Assembly: GCA_035315125.1 (NCBI GenBank)
Contig: DATFYI010000164.1
Span: 444 to 64,443, forward strand
Direction of reading: 5' to 3'
DNA length: 64,000 bases
Source: Anaerolineaceae bacterium
Lineage (GTDB): Bacteria; Chloroflexota; Anaerolineae; Anaerolineales; Anaerolineaceae
The notes under the pieces: generated by a model
The model's input: the letters and a program-made list of their open reading frames with translations, nothing else
Database searches by the model: none
Told to the model about the DNA's origin: nothing
In this document: one piece after another, positions 42,505 to 52,905 of the stretch
Position numbering within the stretch: position 1 is the first letter of the stretch
How the letters are laid out: every line of letters starts with the position of its first letter
Program-made: the position numbers and the translations under genes

Positions 42505-43094
42505 CGCTGATATTCAAACGCGCCGGGGAAATCGGGCCCGACCTGTTTGCGTTTGCCGCTCCACTGCTGGATGTCGATGCGGTAGACGGCTACCGTGTCC
42601 AGCTCCTCCGGCGAGGGAGTGCGATAATCCCGGCCGGGCTGCAGGTGTGAGAAGTATTTGTCGACCAGCATCTGTAAGGCGCGCGCCGCCTCAGCCGGCT
42701 CGTCCAGGATAGAGGCGCGTCCAAAAACGACCACGCTGGCATATTCCACGCTCATACTGGCGGCGCTTTCGCCCGGCAGCAGGCGGCCCATCTGGCTGAC
42801 GCTGAAGCAAACCTGCGGATTGGCCTGCACTGCCTGAAAGGTTCGCCCTTTGCGGCCGCTGTGCAGGTAGATCACGTTTTGAGAAGGATCGAAGACAAAC
42901 AGGTTGGTGGTGAGGTACGGCTGGTCCTGTTGGGCGCTGGCCAGGACGCCGGTGGCTGCGCCTTGCAGCATGGCGCGAATCCAGGCTTCGTCTTCTACGG
43001 CGCGGTCTTTGCGTAAGACCGGGGCAAACGGAATGCGAGCGTTGTCATGAGTCATTTTATTTTCCTCTATGGGCCCAGAAGAATAAAAAAACAA
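42501..43094 (-). CDS. pyridoxamine 5'-phosphate oxidase family (NimA-like) flavoprotein
   Basis: GVLASAQQDQPYLTTNLFVFD...IYLHSGRKGRTFQAVQANPQVCFSV...VVVFGRA split-barrel pattern. Confidence 0.7.
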   Translation of the reverse strand: MFFYSSGPIEENKMTHDNARIPFAPVLRKDRAVEDEAWIRAMLQGAATGVLASAQQDQPYLTTNLFVFDPSQNVIYLHSGRKGRTFQAVQANPQVCFSVSQMGRLLPGESAASMSVEYASVVVFGRASILDEPAEAARALQMLVDKYFSHLQPGRDYRTPSPEELDTVAVYRIDIQQWSGKRKQVGPDFPGAFEYQR

Positions 43095-43256
43095 TTAACC
43101 ACGGATGGACAGTGCGATCCTTCGGCACGACCAAAAAACATTTACCGCGCAGGCGCTAAGAACGCAAAAGAAGAACTTTATTTAAACAAAAAAGAATTCT
43201 TTCTTCTTGGCGTGCTTTGAGTCTTTGCGATGATCTTGTCTCCTCAGCTTCATGAG

Positions 43257-43739
43257 CTAAATGATCTTTACCCAATCGGGCAGGGGGCTGATCTGGTAAG
43301 ACAGGATCTGGCCGGAGCGGTATTCAAAATCGTAGACCTGTGGCGGGGCGCCGGACAGCACCGGCGGGCCAAAGACGTGGATATTCGAGACCACCTCGTC
43401 CGAGCTAAAAACCCACTGCATGGGCTTCCAGGCCAGTTTACCCTCATCATTCCCGACCGCTTCTCCTTGCGGGGCAGCGGCGGTAAAGATATACAGCCCG
43501 CCATCCTGCACTTCGAAGCCGCGCCAGGTCAAAAGCCCGGCAAAATGGGCCGTGGCAAGCTGGAAGCCGGTCTCTTCGCGCACTTCCCGCAGGACGCTGG
43601 CCAGCGGCAGCTCGCCCGGCTCAATCCGTCCGCCGACGCCGTTCCACAGACCCTGGTTGGGCGGGTTGCGCCGGTGGAGCATCAAAACCTGATCACGGCG
43701 GGTCAAAAAACAGAGGGTATACGGTAATGAGAGCGCCAT
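43257..43739 (-). CDS. NUDIX hydrolase
   Basis: Nudix box GGRIEPGELPLASVLREVREETGF. Start taken at the ATG at 43739. Confidence 0.85.
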   Translation of the reverse strand: MALSLPYTLCFLTRRDQVLMLHRRNPPNQGLWNGVGGRIEPGELPLASVLREVREETGFQLATAHFAGLLTWRGFEVQDGGLYIFTAAAPQGEAVGNDEGKLAWKPMQWVFSSDEVVSNIHVFGPPVLSGAPPQVYDFEYRSGQILSYQISPLPDWVKII

Positions 43740-43806
43740 ACCCGTCCAATTATAGAGCATCTGAAGGAAAAAAGGCACATCTGCGGAAAGTGTTTATAAT
43801 TGGTAA

Positions 43807-45195
<1,389 letters not shown>

Positions 45196-45225
45196 ATTTA
45201 GAGCGGTCTGAAAAGAGAAAATAAA

Positions 45226-45552
45226 ATGGAAACTGCCTATACCTATATCCCCGACCTGCTTAAGAGCATGAGCGCCATACCCGAAGACAGCATCATCAGC
45301 CGGGTGATCGCCAAGGGCGAGCGCCTGGATGTGACCCTGTTTGGTTTTGCCGCCGGCCAGGAGCTGACCGAACACAGCTCGCCCTACCGGGCCATCATCC
45401 AGGTGCTGGCGGGTCAGGCTCAGATCACGCTGGGCAAAGATACCCTCAGCGCCGAAGCCGGGGCCTGGATCAATATGCCGCCCAACCTGCCGCACAGTCT
45501 TAAGGCTACCAGTCCGTTTGTCATGCTGCTGACGCTGATCAAGGGAGAGTGA
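45226..45552 (+). CDS. cupin domain protein
   Basis: G-x5-H...IQVLAGQAQITLG...NMPPNLPHSL cupin motifs. 108 aa. Confidence 0.7.
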   Translation: METAYTYIPDLLKSMSAIPEDSIISRVIAKGERLDVTLFGFAAGQELTEHSSPYRAIIQVLAGQAQITLGKDTLSAEAGAWINMPPNLPHSLKATSPFVMLLTLIKGE

Positions 45553-45670
45553 TTTAAGCTCAACCCTTTGTGATCTTATTCATCAACCTGTCATGATATT
45601 TTGGTATAAATAGATCAATTGAGTGGCAGTCAATTGGTAATTTTGTTTGTTTAGTAAGGGAGTTGTTCGT

Positions 45671-46138
45671 ATGAAAGCTTTGTGGAAATGGATTTTATTA
45701 TTTTTCGGTGTGCTGGTGCTGGCTTTTTTGGTCGCTCTGCCGTTTTTCGTGGGTCGCTCGCTGGGCCTGGTCAGGGTGCCAATGATGTTCCTGTTTGGCG
45801 GTGGGCCCGCTTTTGCGCCGGCCATGCGGGGCGGTTTTGGCATACTGGCAGGGTTGTTCCTGTTTGGTAGATTGATCTTGCCGCTGGCGCTGATCGTCCT
45901 GGCTGCCTTCGGCTTGGTAGCCCTGTTGAGCGGTGGTACACCGTCCAGTTCTCATCCTGCAGCTGCAGATACGGCGACACCTCCGGCTGTTTCGGCGGAT
46001 GTCACGCCGGCCTCCAGCGCTGCGGTCGAGCAGGCTGCAACAAAGACCTGCGCGCACTGCGGTTCACCGTTGCAGAGCGGCTGGGTCGCCTGCCCTTATT
46101 GTGGTGAGAAGGTAGATATAATTACGCAGCTTTGTTGA
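45671..46138 (+). CDS. membrane protein with C-terminal zinc-ribbon
   Basis: ATG behind AAGGGAG, three hydrophobic segments, C-terminal CAHCGSPLQSGWVACPYCGEKV. Confidence 0.6.
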   Translation: MKALWKWILLFFGVLVLAFLVALPFFVGRSLGLVRVPMMFLFGGGPAFAPAMRGGFGILAGLFLFGRLILPLALIVLAAFGLVALLSGGTPSSSHPAAADTATPPAVSADVTPASSAAVEQAATKTCAHCGSPLQSGWVACPYCGEKVDIITQLC

Positions 46139-46260
46139 TTTGGTAAATTCCATTAATAAAGCTGCGATGTCCTCATCGGTCTTTGCTTTCGCAGGTGCGT
46201 TTGGTTTCTCCTCCCAGGCTCTTAAGGGTTGTAAAGCCCTTGGGAGCCTACGCTTTAAGG

Positions 46261-46482
46261 CTAAAAGATGCTGCGCAACAGGAGCAGAAAACCAATCAGC
46301 AGCAGGGGTATGCCAACAATTGCCCCAACTACGGTCAGCGTGGCAACAATCCCGGCGATCATCAGGGCCAGGCTCAGCACAACACCGACCACCCGTCCGG
46401 TTAATCCAACGATAAATGCGATCAACAGCCAGATCGCATAAAAAGGCATTAATATCCAGGGTACATGTCGTTTTGCATTCAT
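46261..46482 (-). CDS. small two-TM membrane protein (73 aa)
   Basis: Hydrophobic ORF. No motif recognised. Confidence 0.4.
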   Translation of the reverse strand: MNAKRHVPWILMPFYAIWLLIAFIVGLTGRVVGVVLSLALMIAGIVATLTVVGAIVGIPLLLIGFLLLLRSIF

Positions 46483-46557
46483 TTTATTCCTCCAAGAACT
46501 ATATACGCAAAACGCCTATGCAAGTTGCAGATTATCCTTCAAAGCCAGATTCAATAT

Positions 46558-48546
46558 TTATTTCACTCTCTTAGCAACACATAGGTCAACCCCATCACGA
46601 TCGACCGAATAAGCGATCGGGTATTGGGGGTAATACAGTTCATGATCAAAGCGCATGGGTAAAGTGATCAGGCTTCCGGCAGGGTAAGGAACAATCTCGG
46701 GATTAATCACGGTAATATTTTTATTGGCGTACAAATTAACCAGGCCAGGATTGGAATCTGCATAGACATTTATCTGACCCTTCTCGCTTGCGTTGATTTG
46801 TTGCGTCAGTTTCTTATAGCAGGTCAGCCATACATCTATTTCGTATTTGTAAGCGGCGCCCTTGACTCCTCCAACCATTGAATTGTAATAGGTATACTCG
46901 TACGGATGTAGCTGGACGTTGGCCAGGAAACCCGGGAAAAGGATGGCAAGCATGAGCAACCCATTCATCCAGGCTCTCTTTGTTTTTTGGAAAATGAAAT
47001 TGATCGATAAAGCTGAAAATAAAAATGCCCCCGGCATGATAAAGAGCAATTGGCGATAATTATCATAGATATTGGGTGTGGTAATCACAACATAAAAGAA
47101 TGGCAAAAAAAACCAGACCAACGGAATGAGAATTTCGGTTCGGCTGATTTCTTTCTTTGTGAAACGGTAAACAGAAACGATCACCCCCAGCACAATTAAT
47201 AGAACGGCAGGCTCTGTCAGTGATATTGCCAATAGGGTGGGCAAATAAGAGGCAGGTAAAGCACGTGAATCATAGAATCGACCCCCAAACAGAACGGTGT
47301 GGGGATCTGGAAAATCTGTGATGTTCAAAATACCGGCTATAAGATGCGGCAGGGTATCTTGCCAGAGATAAGGCCAGGATAGGAAGAAGACGAGAAATGA
47401 GGCCAGACCGTAAAACACGATCAATGGAATTGATTTCTTTTTCAGGTTAATCACCCAAACCCATATCACCAGAAGAGCTGCAAATGGACCGACTGTGCGG
47501 GTGGCGCTTGCAAAAGCCAGAAAAACGCATGCGCCTATAAAACTGGCTATAAATGCTTTTTTGTGGGGATAATTCGCATAATTGTTTACAAGTCCGGCCA
47601 GGAAATTGTAAAGGGAATTGAACTGTTTATTAAAAAATGGCTGGAACCAGAAGTAAATAATAACAATCAAGTAAAGCAGGGTGATAACCAAGAACCAGCC
47701 CAATAGCTGATTGAAAATGGTGGTGACTTTGACAGCGTAATTAGCCAAGGGCAGGTTGGATGCATGATGGGCAAACTTGACAAAGAGCCTATCCATAAAA
47801 TTGGCTGGGTGCTTAATATTAATTGACAAAATAGTATTGGTAATCAATCTCCGAATAGCGTCTGCCGCAATTTCCAGTATCAGCGCAAGCAGTCCCAGGA
47901 CAATACCGAAAACAGCCGCCGTCTTTGCCCTTTTTGTGTGAACAGTGCTTTTTTGAACGGGGTTCATCTGCACATCTTGCTCTGGTCGGGCCTGATCTCT
48001 AAAAACAAGGCGGGCTTGATCGGAAAAGGCAAGACCAAAATAAACAGCCCCCAGGAAAAAGACCATAAAGGGCATATCTTTCGGGTCGAACCAGGACAGG
48101 CCAAAAAAGACCGGTTGGCTGGCGAAGAGCAGCGTTGAAATGGCGGCGGCGCTGGTGCTGACCCAGCGTTGGGCTAATTTATAAAAAAAGAATATCCCCA
48201 GTAAAAAAGAGAAATAAACGATCAGATGCCAGATATCGATTGAAAGCGCCTGTGGAAAAATTAATGAAAGCAGGGCATGAATCCCGTATCCGACGATGAA
48301 AAAAGGTTGGCCATAATGTCGATAAAAATTTTGATAAACTCCCGAGCCGGGATTGGTATAGGCGCTCAGTGTAATTCCGCCAAAAAAGTAATAACTGGGT
48401 TCATCATAACTGGCGCTGAAATCTTGAAAGATCAGAAACCCCAGGATAATTCCAAATAAAAGGATAACAATAATTGGAAAATTACGATGGCGAGTAAACT
48501 TTTGTATTCGATGCATATCGAAACGGTTTCTTTGGGGAGGCAACAT
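46558..48546 (-). CDS. GT-C fold glycosyltransferase (family 39 / ArnT-PMT-like)
   Basis: 662-aa polytopic protein with YDEPSYY in the first loop (DE motif of PMT/ArnT-type enzymes). More AT-rich than its neighbours. Confidence 0.6.
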   Translation of the reverse strand: MLPPQRNRFDMHRIQKFTRHRNFPIIVILLFGIILGFLIFQDFSASYDEPSYYFFGGITLSAYTNPGSGVYQNFYRHYGQPFFIVGYGIHALLSLIFPQALSIDIWHLIVYFSFLLGIFFFYKLAQRWVSTSAAAISTLLFASQPVFFGLSWFDPKDMPFMVFFLGAVYFGLAFSDQARLVFRDQARPEQDVQMNPVQKSTVHTKRAKTAAVFGIVLGLLALILEIAADAIRRLITNTILSINIKHPANFMDRLFVKFAHHASNLPLANYAVKVTTIFNQLLGWFLVITLLYLIVIIYFWFQPFFNKQFNSLYNFLAGLVNNYANYPHKKAFIASFIGACVFLAFASATRTVGPFAALLVIWVWVINLKKKSIPLIVFYGLASFLVFFLSWPYLWQDTLPHLIAGILNITDFPDPHTVLFGGRFYDSRALPASYLPTLLAISLTEPAVLLIVLGVIVSVYRFTKKEISRTEILIPLVWFFLPFFYVVITTPNIYDNYRQLLFIMPGAFLFSALSINFIFQKTKRAWMNGLLMLAILFPGFLANVQLHPYEYTYYNSMVGGVKGAAYKYEIDVWLTCYKKLTQQINASEKGQINVYADSNPGLVNLYANKNITVINPEIVPYPAGSLITLPMRFDHELYYPQYPIAYSVDRDGVDLCVAKRVK

Positions 48547-48652
48547 GAAAGATTGGAATTTTCTCTCAAACTTTTATTATAACAAATATATCTGGGTGTA
48601 TTTTTGTACCCCGAGTAAGGTTATTGGCTGAGCCACTATCAGGCAATATTTT

Positions 48653-49399
48653 TCAGTTGAATGCGAACAGGGCTCCTTGCGAAATGGGCGTCAGATAGGC
48701 GCATTGTTCTAAAGTGAGATAGATTCCGTCTACCTGATTCCTGGTTGCCCTGTATTCCCTTGCGTGTTCTTCTGACCAGAAGAATACCGAATTCCGTCAG
48801 TAAGAATCGATGATCGTTCGCCCGGTGAAATGTTCCCAATCAACATCTGGCATAAATACCAATGCCCGCGCGTCCTGCTCATGCACTGAAAATTGCATGC
48901 CACTATCTACGGTAATATGCAGGATCTGATTGCAGTGTTTACAATTTGTTTCTATTTCAACCGATAGCCATGCGTTTCGTAATTGTCCTTGCACGAAGGA
49001 CGCCGCCAGTGCGTCCTCTGCTCAGGCACCGTACAATTGTTCCCCTGAGCTGAATTTCAAATGGTGAGGTGTAGGCTCCACCGTCAGCGGGTAGGCCCAG
49101 GCGACGGCGTTTTGCTCGTTTCGCGCCAGAAAGAAAAGCTTACTTTCCAGCTCTTCCAAAATCTGCTGAACGGATTCGAGCGGTAATTTCAACTTTTCGG
49201 CGATATACTCCGGCTCTAAAGGCATTTGCCTGTCTACCAGTTCTTTGACTACAAAATACCGCACTCGCTGGTGTGCATCTGTCATGAACGCTAACCTTTC
49301 CTGGCTATGTTCTGGAATTTGCGTCAGATGCTTTTTCCAGGAGTCCTGTGGTATTTCCAATATTTGCCGGCCTCGTCCAAGCAAAATCTTTTCATCCAT
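48653..49399 (-). CDS. MerB (alkylmercury lyase) family protein with two in-frame TGA codons at the catalytic Cys positions; candidate double selenoprotein
   Basis: Three co-linear same-frame segments (49399-49025, 49021-48800, 48796-48656) are separated only by TGA at 49024-49022 and 48799-48797. LYGA-TGA-AEDAL aligns with MerB LYAWCALDTL (Cys96/Asp99). SY-TGA-RNSVFFWS aligns with FCCHVHFFAS (Cys159). Each TGA is followed by a hairpin. Confidence 0.6.
48767..48784 (-). promoter_or_regulatory. SECIS-like hairpin after the second in-frame TGA
   Basis: RNA UUCUUCU-GGUC-AGAAGAA. The GGUC tetraloop begins 19 nt after the UGA; E. coli fdhF has 18 nt and a GGUC loop. Confidence 0.5.
48996..49018 (-). 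promoter_or_regulatory. SECIS-like hairpin after the first in-frame TGA
   Basis: RNA GAGGACGC-ACUGGCG-GCGUCCUU, an 8-bp stem starting 3 nt after the UGA. It can be redrawn with a bulged A and a UGGC loop. Confidence 0.4.
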
Positions 49400-49421
49400 C
49401 CCGATTCCCTCCAATTCTGGT

Positions 49422-49781
49422 TTAGTCCGGCGGGTTTACCTCAAACATGCGGTGGCTGGCATCCGCCCCATAATCCATCCCATATATTTGCTTAATTGCC
49501 GTAATCTTTTCCAGGGTCTCTTCACTGAAAGCGGATTTTCCTTCGAAGGCATGCAGCACAATTCCTTCCAGAAGATCTCCCAGCGATAGATCCAGATATT
49601 CGGCCAGGGCTTTGAGCACTTTAAGCATTCTCTCTTCAATTCGAACGCCCGTCTGGACTCGTACAACCTGATATTTGTGGGAATTCAATTCGTGCGGACT
49701 ATTTTCTTTGGACATATCCCTGACCTTTTTGCTATTTGCGACTCTTTGGCGCAGAATGTTATTTTGGTACAATGATAACAT
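49422..49781 (-). CDS. hypothetical protein upstream of the merB-like gene
   Basis: ORF ends 22 nt before the merB-like ATG. A likely start is the ATG at 49715 (MSKENSPHE...). No motif recognised. Confidence 0.45.
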   Translation of the reverse strand: MLSLYQNNILRQRVANSKKVRDMSKENSPHELNSHKYQVVRVQTGVRIEERMLKVLKALAEYLDLSLGDLLEGIVLHAFEGKSAFSEETLEKITAIKQIYGMDYGADASHRMFEVNPPD

Positions 49782-49998
49782 AATAACACGGAATTACCCT
49801 CCGGTCAATAAGTGTTTTTTATGGTCGTTGCGAGCGATTTTTGCGAAGATCTCCCTCTCAATTATTTAGGAGTAACTTGACAAATAAACTAAGCAATATA
49901 CAATAAGACCAGAATCTGGATGGGGGTGTGGTCAAAAGCTTTTTTTTGTTCAAATCCTATGATAAAACCTGCCATCAATTGGTAATGGGAGACGTTTC

Positions 49999-50571
49999 AT
50001 GAGAAAAGTGGTTGCATCGGAGTACGTGTCATTGGACGGCGTGATGGGTGATCCAGGTGGCGGCGATAAAACCAGGCGCGGCGGTTGGAGCTTTCAATTC
50101 TGGAATGATGAAGCGGCCAGGTTTAAATTCGACGAGCTGTTTGCCAGCGACGCTTTGCTGCTGGGGCGGGTAACCTATGAAGGTTTCGCCAAAGCCTGGC
50201 CGAGCATGAAGGACGAAGCGGGTTTTGCCGACCGTATGAACAACCTGCCCAAGTACGTCGTTTCCAAAACGCTGGACACGCTTATCTGGAACAATTCAAG
50301 ACTGATCACCGGAAATATTTCCGAGGAAGTGACCAAACTGAAGCAGGAAGCCGGGCAGGATATCCTGCTGGCCGGCAGTTCCAGGCTTTTTCAAACCCTG
50401 ATGCAGCGCGACCTGATCGATGAGTACCGGCTGATGGTGCATCCGGTCGTGCTGGGGGAAGGGAAGCGGCTCTTTGGCTCTGAAAGCGATATGAAGGTAT
50501 TGCGGCTGGTAGATACGAAACAGTTCAGTTCAGGTGTGCTGGTGCTGACTTACGAGCCGGTACGTATGTAA
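49999..50571 (+). CDS. dihydrofolate reductase family protein (RibD C-terminal-like)
   Basis: MRKVVASEYVSLDGVM...LLLGRVTYEGFAKAWP...ILLAGSSRLFQTLM...YRLMVHPVVLGEGKRLF. Confidence 0.8.
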   Translation: MRKVVASEYVSLDGVMGDPGGGDKTRRGGWSFQFWNDEAARFKFDELFASDALLLGRVTYEGFAKAWPSMKDEAGFADRMNNLPKYVVSKTLDTLIWNNSRLITGNISEEVTKLKQEAGQDILLAGSSRLFQTLMQRDLIDEYRLMVHPVVLGEGKRLFGSESDMKVLRLVDTKQFSSGVLVLTYEPVRM

Positions 50572-50673
50572 GTGCAGAGATAGAGGTAAGACAATAATTC
50601 GTTTCATATGAACTGTAGCGCTGCCAGAGATGAGCCAAAGTGGGAGGCTATCTAAAAAAAGAGGAGCAGGATT

Positions 50674-50703
50674 TGCAATTAATATGATATATATGATATA
50701 ATA
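50674..50703 (+). promoter_or_regulatory. sigma70-like promoter for repeat mini-protein 2
   Basis: TTGCAA (50674-50679), 18-nt spacer, TATAAT (50698-50703), embedded in an ATATGATAT-type AT repeat. Confidence 0.4.
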
Positions 50704-50745
50704 TATATAATTATATACCGGTATTCAGATCGAAAGGAGAGCTTA

Positions 50746-50982
50746 GTGATGACAGCAAATCGAAAACCTGATGAAAATGAAGAAATCGGTGTGGTCAATA
50801 ACGAGCGGGCTGGAGAGGAATCCGCCTTACCCGAAGTTGGCCTGACCCATAACGAACGGCCGGGTGAAGTAGGCCACGATCCAGAAGTTGGTATCGTCAA
50901 CAACGAGCGACCTGGAGAGGAAGCCAGACGGGAAATCGGCGTGGTCTATAACGACTCGGATTCCGACAGCGAATCCTCGTAG
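50746..50982 (+). CDS. acidic 17-aa tandem-repeat mini-protein (78 aa), paralog 2
   Basis: SD AAAGGAGAG. Repeats ENEEIGVVNNERAGEES / ALPEVGLTHNERPGEVG / HDPEVGIVNNERPGEEA / RREIGVVYND, then an SDSDSESS tail. The start may be the ATG at 50749. Confidence 0.55.
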   Translation: MMTANRKPDENEEIGVVNNERAGEESALPEVGLTHNERPGEVGHDPEVGIVNNERPGEEARREIGVVYNDSDSDSESS

Positions 50983-51064
50983 ACCTGACCGATCCATTCA
51001 CGAATTCTATTTCTCCACCGCTGTGGCAATCTGCCGCAGCGGTATTTATTTATATAAGCCAGAC

Positions 51065-52645
51065 CTACGGTTGGACGACCACCACCACGCCATCATCGGC
51101 CCAGTTGTAGACCGTTTGGGCATCGGCCAGGGTCATAATGATGCAGCCGAAAGAAGCCGGCTTGCCCAGCACGCTGCCCCACAGGCGCACACCGCTGGAG
51201 AGCATCGGCAGGCCGTGGATGCCGTTCATAAAGCCCGGGCTGGCTTCGTAAATGCCCAGGAAATTGGGCATGTACAAATCCCAGATGGAGGCGTAGGCAT
51301 TGGGAACGTGGCTCTGCACCTGGAAGACGCCCGGCTGGGTGGGCGATTTGGCGATGCCGGTGCTGATTACGTATTCCTTGAGCAGGCTGCCGTTCTGGTA
51401 AGTCCACAGGCGCTGCTGGGTGATGCTGATGACGATGCGTTTGTTTGGGACGACCGGCAGCGGCAGCAGGTCGTTCTTGGAAGGGATGGTCAGCGTCTGC
51501 CCGGCGTATAGCTTATTGGCATCGAGCCCGGGGTTGGCCTGCAGAATTTTCCAGGCCATCATCTGCTGATCGAAGGAAATGGATAGGAGAGTATCGCCCG
51601 GTTGCAACACGTATTGGGTGGGTTGGTAGTGTACGAACACGCTGAAAGACTGGCCGGACTGCCAGGTGTCCGTCAGCGCGTCCAGGTTTTCAGGCGGCTG
51701 GATGGTCTTGCCCGAGCCGAGACCGGCGGGCTGCCAGGTAGTCAGGTATTTAAGGAACTGGTTCGGGTCGATGGTGATGAGTGGGTCGCCGGTGGGGTTC
51801 TGCACCAGCACCCAGGGGGCCAGGGTTTCGGGAGGTATGTTGGCTTTGATGGTCTTATCGCTAATGGCATCATAGACGTTGATTTTGAGAGGACGGCTCA
51901 ACAGGCCATTTAATTTATCCAAAATGGGCGAAAGATCGCTGACCGTGGGTGCTACCGGTTTCATCTTAAGCGGCACATAGCCGCTGGTCATCACCAGGGT
52001 AGGGTTGGCGCTGATCTCAGCCAGGGTGGCATCGATGTCGAGCGTGCTGCCATTTTGGCCGGGCACTGCCTGCCATTGTCCGTTCTGGTAGGTCAGGCTG
52101 GCATCTTTGGCGGGTTGTTGGACGGTGGCTGCCCAGCTTTTTAGTTTCAGGCGGGCAAAGTCGGGGTCAAACTGAACCACCGGGTTGACTGAAGGGGCAT
52201 GGAAAGTCAGAATGCTGAATAGTTGGCTACCGCCATTGCTGCCCCGGCCGATGGCGTAGGCGGATTGGGCGGTGGCCTGCGGGTCGAGCCACAGGCCGAA
52301 GTCAAGCGGGTCGGCCGGCCAGAACTTCTGCCCGTCGCTGGCGACCAACAGTCGCTGGTTCCAGGATTTATCGAGGGTTTGCTGAGACTGTTTAACGGTC
52401 AGGCCACCCAGGGAAGTGCTGCCCACTTTTACACCGGGATAGACCAGCCCGAAGGCCTGGAAGCAGAAATAAGCTGCCAGGAACAGCAGGAAGGGGGCCA
52501 TCACTGCCAGCAAGGCGCAGCCGCCCAGCGCCAGAGCGGTATTGGTCGAAAGCGCGGAACCTGCTGTGGTAGTACCCGGGCGTCCCCGTGAGGGGCCAGC
52601 GGCAGGAAGTTTTACCCAGGTAGCGGCATGTCTGGAACGGTCCAT
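51065..52645 (-). CDS. L,D-transpeptidase (YkuD) with LysM domain
   Basis: N-terminal TM; LysM YVLQPGDTLLSISFDQ...YAGQTLTIP; YkuD catalytic region ...GIHGLP...KPASFGCIIM. Confidence 0.85.
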   Translation of the reverse strand: MDRSRHAATWVKLPAAGPSRGRPGTTTAGSALSTNTALALGGCALLAVMAPFLLFLAAYFCFQAFGLVYPGVKVGSTSLGGLTVKQSQQTLDKSWNQRLLVASDGQKFWPADPLDFGLWLDPQATAQSAYAIGRGSNGGSQLFSILTFHAPSVNPVVQFDPDFARLKLKSWAATVQQPAKDASLTYQNGQWQAVPGQNGSTLDIDATLAEISANPTLVMTSGYVPLKMKPVAPTVSDLSPILDKLNGLLSRPLKINVYDAISDKTIKANIPPETLAPWVLVQNPTGDPLITIDPNQFLKYLTTWQPAGLGSGKTIQPPENLDALTDTWQSGQSFSVFVHYQPTQYVLQPGDTLLSISFDQQMMAWKILQANPGLDANKLYAGQTLTIPSKNDLLPLPVVPNKRIVISITQQRLWTYQNGSLLKEYVISTGIAKSPTQPGVFQVQSHVPNAYASIWDLYMPNFLGIYEASPGFMNGIHGLPMLSSGVRLWGSVLGKPASFGCIIMTLADAQTVYNWADDGVVVVVQP

Positions 52646-52835
52646 AATAAGAATCAGAGCAATAAATATACCAGAACAGGTAAATCAACTCTTATTATAT
52701 GACGAAAATAGGTGGAATTTGGTTCCGGCTCTTTTTAGACAGCATCTACGCTTTAAAACGCAATGACCCGTCCTGGAGAACAAACGGCAGGTGGGGTCTG
52801 ATCCAGGGCAAGTAAATCGGTTTCAATATTCCCAC

Positions 52836-52864
52836 TTGACAGAACTTTAGTTCTATAATATAGT
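52836..52864 (+). promoter_or_regulatory. sigma70-like promoter for the phnB-like gene
   Basis: TTGACA (52836-52841), 17-nt spacer, TATAGT (52859-52864), about 40 nt before the ATG. Confidence 0.45.
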
Positions 52865-52905
52865 ATACATACCTGATCTATATTATCTATAAACAAGGAG
52901 AAAAT

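Noticed and set aside
48653-49414. Alternative genetic code (TGA = Trp or Gly) as the explanation for the in-frame TGAs.
   Set aside because: - Many well-defined genes in the window terminate at TGA with family-typical lengths.
- Neither TGA in the merB-like gene aligns with a Trp or Gly column; both align with catalytic Cys.

Simple pseudogenisation is not fully excluded and is listed as the refutation route.
50641-50665. GGCTATCTAA upstream of repeat mini-protein 2 as a copy of the stress module.
   Set aside because: - The match is only about 10 nt and lies in the opposite orientation relative to the gene.
- There is no GGGAC box.
- This gene has its own TTGCAA-N18-TATAAT promoter.
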